Source: Candidatus Dormiibacterota bacterium
GTDB lineage: Bacteria; Chloroflexota; Dormibacteria; Aeolococcales; Aeolococcaceae
Length of the DNA: 64,000 nt
NCBI GenBank assembly: GCA_036844485.1
Contig: DAIUFS010000003.1
Location: forward strand, 11,191-75,190
Direction: 5' to 3'
A program made the translations under genes and the position numbers. Shown piece by piece: positions 8,872-17,035 of the stretch (its first letter is position 1; every line of letters starts with the position of its first letter). The notes under the pieces were generated by a model, which was not told the origin of the DNA, ran no database searches, and worked only from the letters and a program-made list of their open reading frames with translations.

Positions 8872-9474
8872 GAAGTCAATGGGCGCGTGGATCAGCGCCT
8901 CATCCAGGGTGAGGAGACGCGAACGGCGCTCCTGGCCGCCGCGCGGGAGCTGTTCGGCGAGCGGGGGTATGGGGCGACCACCCTCGATGACGTTGCCGGC
9001 GTTGCCGGGCTGACCAAGGGGGCGGTCTATCACCACTTCGGAGGCAAGCGCGAGCTCTTCCAGGCCGTTTTCGAGCAGATCCAGCGAGAGGTGTCCGACC
9101 GGGTCGTGACCGTCTTTCTCGAACCTGACCACTGGTTGGCCCTGACCGAGGGCTGTCAGCTGATGATCGACGCCCAGCTCGATCCGGCGGTTCAGCGCAT
9201 CGCCCTCCATGACGCGCGCTCCGTCCTGGGATGGGACGCTGTCCGGTCGGTCGAGAACCGCTACGGGGCCGTTGGTATCCGCGGAGCACTGCGCAAGGCG
9301 ATGCAAGGCGGGGTCATCCAGCGCCAGCCGCCGCGACCGCTGGCGCTGATGCTGGCAGGGGCCATCGCCGAGGCGTGCTTCCACGTTGCCGACGCCGACG
9401 ACCCGGTGGTCGCTCGCGAGGAGGTGCGCGTCCTCATCGTCCGTTTCCTGGAAGGACTGCGCGTCGAGCAGTGA
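8854..9474 (+). CDS. TetR-family transcriptional regulator
   Basis: 206 aa. The N-terminal HTH TRTALLAAARELFGERGYGATTLDDVAGVAGLTKGAVYHHFGGKRELF is canonical TetR. An alternative ATG lies at 8869. Confidence 0.85.
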   Translation: MHTVSMEVNGRVDQRLIQGEETRTALLAAARELFGERGYGATTLDDVAGVAGLTKGAVYHHFGGKRELFQAVFEQIQREVSDRVVTVFLEPDHWLALTEGCQLMIDAQLDPAVQRIALHDARSVLGWDAVRSVENRYGAVGIRGALRKAMQGGVIQRQPPRPLALMLAGAIAEACFHVADADDPVVAREEVRVLIVRFLEGLRVEQ

Positions 9475-9556
9475 CCTGTCGATTTCCGCGAGGAGCCGCG
9501 TCGTTCAGGTGAAGGGCCGCGTGTGGCGGACCGCAGAACAACCTGGAGGACCACCC

Positions 9557-9907
9557 ATGTCGAAGTACCTCTTCCTTCTCTGGCAGGACGAGAGCAAGGC
9601 GCCCGCCCAGGGCACTCCCGAGGCGGACAAGGAATACGCCGCGTACGGAGCGATGTTCGAGCAGGCCAACGGCGCCGGCATCTTCCAGGGCGGCGACCCC
9701 CTGCAGCCGGCGGCGACGGGTCAGACGGTCAAGGTACGCGACGGCTCGACCGAGTCGACCAAGGACACATTCTCGTCCAGCCCCGAGCAGCTCATCGGCT
9801 TCTACGTGCTCGATTGCAAGGACGACGCGGACGCGGCCTCGTGGGCGGCGAAGATCCCGGCAGCGGCCAGAGGCGCCATCGAGGTCCGTCCCATCCTGGT
9901 GATGTAG
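9557..9907 (+). CDS. YCII-related (DGPF-domain) protein
   Basis: ORF 9386..9907 trimmed to ATG 9557, with GGAGGA 7 nt upstream. MSKYLFLLWQDE...FYVLDCKDDADAASWAAKIPAA...IEVRPI matches YCII/DGPF family patterns. Confidence 0.7.
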   Translation: MSKYLFLLWQDESKAPAQGTPEADKEYAAYGAMFEQANGAGIFQGGDPLQPAATGQTVKVRDGSTESTKDTFSSSPEQLIGFYVLDCKDDADAASWAAKIPAAARGAIEVRPILVM

Positions 9908-9920
9908 GACCGCCCGCGCG

Positions 9921-9951
9921 TGATCGGCTCCGTGGTGTGCGGAGCCGATCA
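9921..9951 (+). terminator. Stem-loop after the first YCII gene
   Basis: TGATCGGCTCCG-tggtgtg-CGGAGCCGATCA, a 12-bp perfect stem. No U-tract follows, so intrinsic-terminator function is uncertain. Confidence 0.35.
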
Positions 9952-10025
9952 GTGCGTCTCTCGCCCGCGCCCTACGATGGGCGCCGCACTCCCACATAGC
10001 AACAGCATCTCAGGAGACCCGCACC

Positions 10026-10355
10026 TTGAAGTACATCCTTCTGATCAAGGTCCCGACCGATCTCGAGGCGGACCCAGGCATGACGGAGCGCCACGCGGCG
10101 TTCGCCCAGGCCGCCGCCTCGCGCGGCAAGCTCGTCGGCGGCGACCAGTTGGGCGACGTCGCCACAGCGACCACCCTGCGCCGCCGCTCGTCGGAAACGA
10201 TTGTCACCGACGGTCCGCACGCCGAGACCAAGGAATACCTCGGCGGGTACTACATCATCGACTGCGCCGATCTCGATGAGGCGATCGAGATCGCCGGGGG
10301 CGTGCCGCTGAACGACGGTGGCTCGCTGGAGATCCGCCCCATTGTCGAACGATGA
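10026..10355 (+). CDS. YCII-related (DGPF-domain) protein
   Basis: 109 aa with a TTG start. DGPHAETKEYLGGYYIIDCADLDEAIEIA is the DGPF/YCII signature region. Confidence 0.75.
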   Translation: MKYILLIKVPTDLEADPGMTERHAAFAQAAASRGKLVGGDQLGDVATATTLRRRSSETIVTDGPHAETKEYLGGYYIIDCADLDEAIEIAGGVPLNDGGSLEIRPIVER

Positions 10356-11631
10356 CCCGCTCGCTGTAGCCGCGGCCGCCGAGGCAACGACCGAGACCAC
10401 GCTGGTCGGCGTCTTTCGCAATGAGGCCGGACGGATCGTCGCCACCCTGACCCGCCTCCTCGGCGACATCGACCTCGCCGAAGATGCGGTACAGGAGGCA
10501 CTCGCAACCGCGCTCGAACGCTGGCCAAGGGACGGAGTTCCGGATCGCCCGGGCGCGTGGCTGATGACGACGGCGCGCAACAAGGCGCTCGACCATCTCC
10601 GTCGCGAGCGCACCCGCGCCACCGCGCGCGAGGCCGCTCTGCGTCTCAACATCGACGACGAGAGTGACCCCCTGACGCCGCTGGACTCCACAACCGTCGG
10701 TGACGACAGGCTGGCGCTGCTGTTCACCTGCTGCCATCCGGCGCTGGCGCCCGAGGCCCGGGTGGCTCTGACGCTTCGCCTGATCGGCGGCCTCACGACG
10801 CCCGAGATCGCGCGAGCGTTCCTGGTGCAGGAATCGACTATGGCGCAGCGCTTGGTGCGCGCCAAGCACAAGATTCGCGCTGCTCGTATCCCCATCCGCG
10901 TGCCACCGCAGCCGCTGCTCGCCGAGCGAGTGCCGTCGGTCTTAGCGGTCATCTATCTCATCTTCAACGAGGGATATCTGGCGACGGCGGGAAATAACAT
11001 GGTCCGCGACTCCCTGTGCGACGAGGCGATCCGGCTCGGCAGATTGGTCGCACAGCTGATGCCCGACGAACCGGAGCCCGCGGGGTTGCTTGCGCTCATG
11101 CTGCTGACGCACAGTCGTCGCGATGAGCGCCAGTCCTCCGACGGCGAGCTGCGCACGCTTCCCATGCAGGACCGCTCGCGCTGGGACCGGCAGGCGATCA
11201 GCGAGGGGCGGGAGCTGCTGGAGGCCGCGCTCGCGCGACACCAACCCGGGCGGTACCAGATTGAGGCCGCCATCGCGGCTGTGCACAGCGAGGCGCCCGC
11301 CGCCGACGCCACCGACTGGGCGCAGATCGCCGCGCTCTACGCAACCCTCCGCGAGGTCGCGCCCTCGCCGATCGCTGCGCTCAACCACGCCGTGGCCATG
11401 GCCGAGGCCGGATCGCCGGAGGCCGCGTTGTCGCTCGCGGACGACGTCTCCGAGTCCCTGGACGACTACCACCTGCTCCACGCCACCCGCGCAGAGTTGC
11501 TGCTGAAGCTGGGCCGCAACGACGACGCCGTCACCGCCTTCGATCGAGCGCTCGAGCTCGTCCGCAACGACGCTGAGCGGGCCCACCTCGTACAGCGCCG
11601 CAGCGACGTGTCGCGCGGGTCTGAGTCCTAG
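10318..11631 (+). CDS. ECF sigma factor with long C-terminal TPR-like extension (ECF42-type)
   Basis: 437 aa. Sigma-2 region DLAEDAVQEALATALERWP...PGAWLMTTARNKALDHLRRE and sigma-4 region LTLRLIGGLTTPEIARAFLVQESTMAQRLVRAK, followed by an extension of about 230 aa. It lies directly downstream of the YCII genes. The start is uncertain: ATG 10318 overlaps the YCII gene by 38 nt, and TTG 10342 is an alternative. Confidence 0.8.
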   Translation: MARWRSAPLSNDDPLAVAAAAEATTETTLVGVFRNEAGRIVATLTRLLGDIDLAEDAVQEALATALERWPRDGVPDRPGAWLMTTARNKALDHLRRERTRATAREAALRLNIDDESDPLTPLDSTTVGDDRLALLFTCCHPALAPEARVALTLRLIGGLTTPEIARAFLVQESTMAQRLVRAKHKIRAARIPIRVPPQPLLAERVPSVLAVIYLIFNEGYLATAGNNMVRDSLCDEAIRLGRLVAQLMPDEPEPAGLLALMLLTHSRRDERQSSDGELRTLPMQDRSRWDRQAISEGRELLEAALARHQPGRYQIEAAIAAVHSEAPAADATDWAQIAALYATLREVAPSPIAALNHAVAMAEAGSPEAALSLADDVSESLDDYHLLHATRAELLLKLGRNDDAVTAFDRALELVRNDAERAHLVQRRSDVSRGSES

Positions 11632-11765
11632 AGAGAATTCGAGCTAGGGCTGGCGTCGCATCGCCCCCGGAGGAGACCGGTGTCGACCTGTACACGGTGA
11701 GGCCGTAAAGGCGTCGTCTCCCGAGCTCGAGCCTGTGGAGTGAGGCTCAGGTAGTCGTCTGACCG

Positions 11766-11777
11766 CCTGCATGCAGG
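11766..11777. promoter_or_regulatory. Perfect 12-bp palindrome upstream of vapB (candidate autoregulation site)
   Basis: CCTGCATGCAGG, 20 nt upstream of the antitoxin start. A related CATATGCAG follows it. Confidence 0.4.
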
Positions 11778-11796
11778 TTGCGTGTATCATATGCAG

Positions 11797-12027
11797 ATGG
11801 CACGCACAGTCCAGATCCGCCACGTCCCCGATGACGTCCATCGAACGCTGATGATCCGAGCGGTCAGCGCTGGTCGGTCGCTGTCCGACTACCTGCTCGG
11901 CGAGATCATCCGCGTGGCTGAACGACCTCCAATCGCCGACGTCCTTGCTCGCGCCGGCGAACGACCCGGTGGGACCAGTGTGGAGAGCATCGTCGAGGCC
12001 GTCCGGTCGGGTCGAGATCGACCTTGA
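11797..12027 (+). CDS. vapB: Ribbon-helix-helix antitoxin (VapB/FitA-like)
   Basis: ORF 11782..12027. The N-terminus MARTVQIRHVPDDVHRTLMIRAVSAGRSLSDYLLGEI is an RHH/Arc-type motif. The stop overlaps the PIN gene start (TTGA). Alternative starts at 11782 and 11791. Confidence 0.75.
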   Translation: MARTVQIRHVPDDVHRTLMIRAVSAGRSLSDYLLGEIIRVAERPPIADVLARAGERPGGTSVESIVEAVRSGRDRP

Positions 12028-12422
12028 TCGTCGCGGACACCTCCGCGATTCTTGCCGTGCTCTCTGCCGATCCCCCGGATCCGAAACTCCGGCAGCGCCT
12101 GGCGGACGACGGGGACCTGCACGTCCCCCACCTGCTTGACGTCGAGTTTCTCCATGCGTTGCGCCGACTGGTTGCATCCGGTGCTTTGACTGAGGAGAGG
12201 GCCACAGCTGTTCGCGCCGACTTCGCCGACCTGACCCTGACACGCTACCCGCATCATCCACTCGCTGATCGAATGTGGGAGCTACGCCACAATCTCTCCG
12301 CATACGACGCCACCTTCATCACACTGAGCGAAGTGCTGGATGTCCCATTGGTGACATGCGACGCCCGCATGGCCGAAGCCCCAGGCCATCGTGCACTGGT
12401 CGAGGTCTTCCCGATTCGCTGA
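12024..12422 (+). CDS. vapC: PIN-domain ribonuclease toxin VapC
   Basis: 132 aa. It starts MIVADTSAIL (first acidic PIN residue), then has LLDVEF, AYDATFITLSE and LVTCDARM as the remaining PIN acidic positions. Confidence 0.85.
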   Translation: MIVADTSAILAVLSADPPDPKLRQRLADDGDLHVPHLLDVEFLHALRRLVASGALTEERATAVRADFADLTLTRYPHHPLADRMWELRHNLSAYDATFITLSEVLDVPLVTCDARMAEAPGHRALVEVFPIR

Positions 12423-12449
12423 CACCGCCCCGGCGCAGGTCACAATTTA

Positions 12450-13658
12450 ATGGGGATGGCCGAAGCTCCACCGCCCAACCTCCAGTCACCGACCCATGAA
12501 GCGACGCGAATCAGGGCCGCCGTTGTCGTTGTGGGCGCCGGTGCCATCGGCCTGGCGGTTGCGCTCCAACCGCGACGAGCGGGCGTCGCCGACGTCCTGG
12601 TGGTCGATCGTAATTCCGCGCCCGGAATGGGATCGACCGGACGGGCCAACGGTGGGGTTCGCGCCCAGTTTGTAACGCCCATCAATATCGTGTTCTCCCA
12701 GTACACGATTGCAGGACTCATTGATCTCGACGACATGTCCAGGGGGCAGGTGGGCTATCGTCCCGTCGGCTACCTCTTCATGGCCGGCACAGACCTGAGC
12801 GCTGAGGGTCTTCACAGCGCGATGGACATGCAGCGCTCCCTCGGCGTGCCCACGCAGTGGCTCTCACTCGGGCAGGTGGCCGAGATAGCGCCGTTCGTGC
12901 GCCTCGACGGACTGCGGGCGGCGACCTTCTGCGCGTCCGACGGAATCATCGATCCGCACGGCGTTGTCAGCGCACTCTGCAGCGAGGGGAGGCGGCTGGG
13001 CGTTACCTACCTCTTCGACACCGATGTCATCAGCCTCGAGCACGATGGCGCACGCTCGCTGATCCATTGCTCGGGCGTGGATATCGAGGCCGATCACCTG
13101 GTCAACGCGGCCGGCCCTTTCGCCGCCGACCTTGCCGCCAAGGCCGGCATTGAGCTTCCGGTGGTGCCCTATCGCCGCAACCTCGCGTGCACTGACCAGG
13201 CTCCGGAGATCCCGGCGTCGATACCGATGTGCGTCGACATTGACACCGGCGTCCTCATCCGCCGTGAAGGAGGCGGCATTCTCATCGGGTACTCAGATCC
13301 GGCGAGCACGCCGAGCGTCGACACCAGCTTCGAGCCGGAGTTCCTCGACGCGGTCGCCTCGCGGGTTGGCAATCGCTTCCCGTTCCTCGAGCAGGCGACG
13401 ATCAACCCGCGCAAGTGTTGGGCGGGCCTCTACCCGGAGACCCCTGACCACATCGCGATCATCGACGCGCCGCGAGACGCACCATGGTTCATCCAGTGTG
13501 CGGGCTTCGGTGGCCACGGCATCATGCATTCATTGGCAGCGGGACAGGCGGTGGCTGAACTGATCCGGGATCAGCGCTGCAGCACGTTTGACCTGTCGCC
13601 GCTGCGGCTCGATCGCTTTCGCGAGTCGTCACCGACGGTGGAGACGGCGATACTCTGA
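12450..13658 (+). CDS. FAD-dependent oxidoreductase (DAO / glycine-D-amino-acid oxidase family)
   Basis: 402 aa with the N-terminal dinucleotide fold VVVVGAGAIGLAVA and C-terminal GFGGHGIMHS, typical of the DAO family. Confidence 0.8.
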   Translation: MGMAEAPPPNLQSPTHEATRIRAAVVVVGAGAIGLAVALQPRRAGVADVLVVDRNSAPGMGSTGRANGGVRAQFVTPINIVFSQYTIAGLIDLDDMSRGQVGYRPVGYLFMAGTDLSAEGLHSAMDMQRSLGVPTQWLSLGQVAEIAPFVRLDGLRAATFCASDGIIDPHGVVSALCSEGRRLGVTYLFDTDVISLEHDGARSLIHCSGVDIEADHLVNAAGPFAADLAAKAGIELPVVPYRRNLACTDQAPEIPASIPMCVDIDTGVLIRREGGGILIGYSDPASTPSVDTSFEPEFLDAVASRVGNRFPFLEQATINPRKCWAGLYPETPDHIAIIDAPRDAPWFIQCAGFGGHGIMHSLAAGQAVAELIRDQRCSTFDLSPLRLDRFRESSPTVETAIL

Positions 13659-14524
13659 GCGATCTCTCCGTTCGGATCAGACAACAGGCGCTCCAACTCC
13701 TCGATCTCTCCCGCATCGAGGGCGCGCAGCGGCGCTCTGACGGTTGGCTCGATGGGGACACCACGCCAACGCAAGATGTGCTTCAGTGCCGCGTGGAATG
13801 GGAACTGCTGGAAGCTCGCGCGCACGCGTCCCGCCGTGGCGGAGTCGTCAGCTGAGCCGGAACGCACCGCACGAATGGTCAGCTCCGGCAGGGCTGCGGC
13901 AAGGCCGGAGACAGCCCCAGCCGCGCCCCCCGCCAGCCCCAGGTGAATGAGCTCCTCAGCCCCAACGAAAACGTCGAGTCCTGGGACCAAGTATGGCTGG
14001 ACGCGCTCGAACGGGGTGTCAGAGACCTTGAGGCCGGTGAAGTTCGGTGCCGCGTCTCGGAGCCGCTCGACGACCGATAGCGGGACGGCGTATCCACTCC
14101 GTGCCGCGAACTCGTAGATGTAGAACGGGACGGGGGCGGAGGCCTTGGCGGCGACCACGAAGTGCTCCTCGATGGACCGCTCATCCAGCGCGAAATAGGG
14201 AGGTCCAATGACCGCGACGCCGGCCGCGCCGTGGCCTGCGGCATGTTCGGCTAAGACGGCTGTCTCGCGCGTGGACTGGGCACCGCAGTGCACCACGACG
14301 GGTATCCGTCCTCGTGCGCACCGCAGAAACTCCTCGGTCACCGCGCGTCGCTCGGCGGCTGAGAGGAGGATCCCCTCACCGGTGGTGCCGAGGATGAGCA
14401 GACCGTCAAGGCCAGCTGCCGCGTAGAACGCGACAAGGCTGGCGATGACCGGCTCGTCGATGCGCTCCCCGGTACCGGTCAACGGAGTGACGGCCGCGGC
14501 GAAGGCTCGAGCTTGGGTCTTCAT
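13571..14524 (-). CDS. DapA/NAL-family (dihydrodipicolinate synthase-like) lyase
   Basis: ORF 13571..14644 trimmed to ATG 14524 (MKTQARAF...). TPLTGTGERIDE, GLLILGTTGEGILLS and GLKVSD (Schiff-base Lys context) fit the DHDPS/NAL family. The last 40 or so codons have no family-like character and overlap the convergent gene. Confidence 0.75.
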   Translation of the reverse strand: MKTQARAFAAAVTPLTGTGERIDEPVIASLVAFYAAAGLDGLLILGTTGEGILLSAAERRAVTEEFLRCARGRIPVVVHCGAQSTRETAVLAEHAAGHGAAGVAVIGPPYFALDERSIEEHFVVAAKASAPVPFYIYEFAARSGYAVPLSVVERLRDAAPNFTGLKVSDTPFERVQPYLVPGLDVFVGAEELIHLGLAGGAAGAVSGLAAALPELTIRAVRSGSADDSATAGRVRASFQQFPFHAALKHILRWRGVPIEPTVRAPLRALDAGEIEELERLLSDPNGEIAQSIAVSTVGDDSRKRSSRSGDRSNVLQR

Positions 14525-14577
14525 GATCTCGGCCCCAGTCTGCCAGACTCTCGCCCGCGACCATACAGAGCAGGCCC

Positions 14578-16311
14578 ATGAAGACAGACGCCGAGGACGA
14601 CGGTAGCGCGACCAGCGCCGCGGCATTCCGCGCCGCGCGGGCATCCCTGCTCGCCTGGCGTGAAGACTACGAGACAGCGTACCGAGAGTTTCGCTGGCCG
14701 GTCCTGACGCAGTTCAACTGGGCGCTGGACTGGTTCGACACGCTGGCGGAGGATCCCGCCACATCCTCGCGCCCCGCCCTGTGGATAGCGGGCGCGAACA
14801 CATCGGACACGCGGCTGTCCTTCGGCGACCTTGCCGCGCGGTCGAACCAGGTCGCCAACTGGCTCGCGTCGATCGGCGTCCACCGTGGTGACCGGCTGAT
14901 CCTGATGCTCGACAACCAGGTCGAACTCTGGGAGACCCTGCTCGCCGGGATCAAGCTCGGAGCAGTCCTCATCCCGGCAAGCACGCTGCTGACCCCGGCG
15001 GATCTGCTCGACCGCGTGGCGCGGGGAGATGCACGCCACGTTGTGGTGGGAGCGCACAACGTCGAGAAGTTTGACGAGGTTCCAGGCGACTACACGAGGG
15101 TATGCGTCGGTGCCGCGCCCGACGGCTGGCTCAGCTACTCCGAGTCGGCACTCGCAGATCGGGCCTTCACGCCCAGTGGGGTCACGCACGCCTCCGACCC
15201 GCTCCTGCTGTACTTCACATCGGGCACCACGGCACAGCCGAAGCTCGTCGAGCACACGCACGCGTCGTATCCGGTTGGACACCTGTCCACCATGTACTGG
15301 ATCGGGCTCGAGCCTGGAGACGTGCACCTGAACATCTCGTCGCCCGGATGGGCCAAGCATGCCTGGAGCAACGTCTTTGCCCCGTGGAATGCTGGTGCAA
15401 CAGTGTTCATCCACAACTACGGGCGGTTCGATTCAGGCGAACTGATGGCGGTCATGGATCGTTGCGGGATCACCAGCTTCTGCGCCCCGCCCACGGTGTG
15501 GCGGATGCTCATCCAGGGTGACCTGCGAAAGCTGCGCCACCCACCCCGCAAGGTGGTCGGCGCAGGCGAGCCCCTCAACCCCGAGGTGATCGAACAGGTG
15601 CAAAAAGCCTGGGGCGTCATCATCCGCGACGGCTTCGGTCAGACCGAGACCACTGTCGCCATCGCGAACACGCCCGGTCAGCCCGTGAAGCCCGGCTCTA
15701 TGGGGCGGCCGGTCCCGGGCTACACGATCGCGCTTCTCGACCCTATTACCGGCGAAGCCGGCGACGAGGGCGAGATCTGTGTCGACCTGAGCGTCCGACC
15801 TCTCGGCCTCATGCTGGGATACCGCGGGGACGACGACCGCGACGCCAACGCGATGCGCGCCGGTCATTACCACACCGGCGATGTTGCATCGAGGGACGAG
15901 GACGGCTACGTGACCTACGTGGGGCGCGCCGACGATGTCTTCAAGGCCTCGGACTACCGCATCTCTCCGTTTGAGCTGGAGAGCGTGCTTCTTCAGCATG
16001 AAGCCGTAGCCGAGGCCGCGGTCGTACCGTCGCCCGATCCGGTTCGGCTTGCTGTCCCCAAGGCATTCGTGGTGCTTTCGTCTGGCCACCTTCCGTCGCC
16101 CGAGACCGCGCTGTCCATTCTCCAGTTCAGCCGCGACAACCTCGCCCCGTACAAGCGGATCCGGCGCCTGGAGTTCAGCGATCTGCCCAAGACGATCTCA
16201 GGAAAGATCCGTAGAGTCGAACTGCGCGAGCGCGAGCGCGATCGTCCGGATCGAGACAGTGCGCCCAAGGAATATCGGGAAGACGACTTCGCCGAGCTGG
16301 CCAGTCGCTGA
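14578..16311 (+). CDS. AMP-forming acyl-CoA synthetase (medium-chain/aromatic acid CoA ligase type)
   Basis: 577 aa. AMP-binding motifs LLYFTSGTTAQPK, GFGQTET, YHTGD and PKTISGKIRR. Confidence 0.85.
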   Translation: MKTDAEDDGSATSAAAFRAARASLLAWREDYETAYREFRWPVLTQFNWALDWFDTLAEDPATSSRPALWIAGANTSDTRLSFGDLAARSNQVANWLASIGVHRGDRLILMLDNQVELWETLLAGIKLGAVLIPASTLLTPADLLDRVARGDARHVVVGAHNVEKFDEVPGDYTRVCVGAAPDGWLSYSESALADRAFTPSGVTHASDPLLLYFTSGTTAQPKLVEHTHASYPVGHLSTMYWIGLEPGDVHLNISSPGWAKHAWSNVFAPWNAGATVFIHNYGRFDSGELMAVMDRCGITSFCAPPTVWRMLIQGDLRKLRHPPRKVVGAGEPLNPEVIEQVQKAWGVIIRDGFGQTETTVAIANTPGQPVKPGSMGRPVPGYTIALLDPITGEAGDEGEICVDLSVRPLGLMLGYRGDDDRDANAMRAGHYHTGDVASRDEDGYVTYVGRADDVFKASDYRISPFELESVLLQHEAVAEAAVVPSPDPVRLAVPKAFVVLSSGHLPSPETALSILQFSRDNLAPYKRIRRLEFSDLPKTISGKIRRVELRERERDRPDRDSAPKEYREDDFAELASR

Positions 16312-16344
16312 CGCGGAACGCCCGCAGTGGCTGCTGAAGTAACG

Positions 16345-16953
16345 TCAAACCCGGGCCTCATGGCGGTGGTACGGATCGCGACCCACCAGGCCGAGTAGGC
16401 GATCCTGAAGAGGAGCGTCGTCAGGCACGGCCACGGCCGGCCCGAAGACTCCCATCTTTCGCCACCCCTCGGCCTCGGGGGCGAATTCGTCCCACATGCC
16501 CTGCACCAGATCGTCTCGCAGCAGCGTGTTGGCGCCGATCCACTTGGCGATGTCGTACGCGCGGAAGCCGCGAAAGCTGGTGATGTGCTTCAGGTACTCG
16601 CGGGCGGGGAAGTCGCCGTACGAGAGGTGCACCATCTTCTCGGGGTCGTCCAGTTGCTCGGCCGCTGAGATCGCCTTCTCGCTATACCGTCGATAGCTCC
16701 CCTTCGGATCGTCCCCCAGCAGATCGCCGGCGTACGTATCCCCGACCTCGGCGATCGTCCTCTCGGCCAGAACGTCCGGCACCCAGGCGGTGTCGTACGC
16801 GTGATAGTTGACGATCTCGCGGAGAGAAGCATCACCCTGGCTCCCGGTCTGGAACCACTTCGGTTTTCTCTGCTCCCACTGGTCGTCACGGATGTGATCG
16901 ATCGTCTCCGCCAGAGCCTGCTCCGACAAGATGAAGACGCTTTGCTCGGACAT
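16345..16953 (-). CDS. DinB/MDMPI-superfamily protein (TIGR03086-like actinobacterial protein)
   Basis: ORF 16345..16962. ATG 16953 is better spaced from GAGAGG. The IDHIRDDQWEQ...LREIVNYHAYDTAW pattern resembles the mycothiol-dependent maleylpyruvate isomerase N-terminal superfamily. The functional call is weak. Confidence 0.45.
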   Translation of the reverse strand: MSEQSVFILSEQALAETIDHIRDDQWEQRKPKWFQTGSQGDASLREIVNYHAYDTAWVPDVLAERTIAEVGDTYAGDLLGDDPKGSYRRYSEKAISAAEQLDDPEKMVHLSYGDFPAREYLKHITSFRGFRAYDIAKWIGANTLLRDDLVQGMWDEFAPEAEGWRKMGVFGPAVAVPDDAPLQDRLLGLVGRDPYHRHEARV

Positions 16954-17035
16954 GACAGGCACCTCTCACTCTTCGTATCGTCGCCAGCCCGGTCACTGAG
17001 GCCGACAGCGCGGCCACGCATGGTGGAGGATCGAC

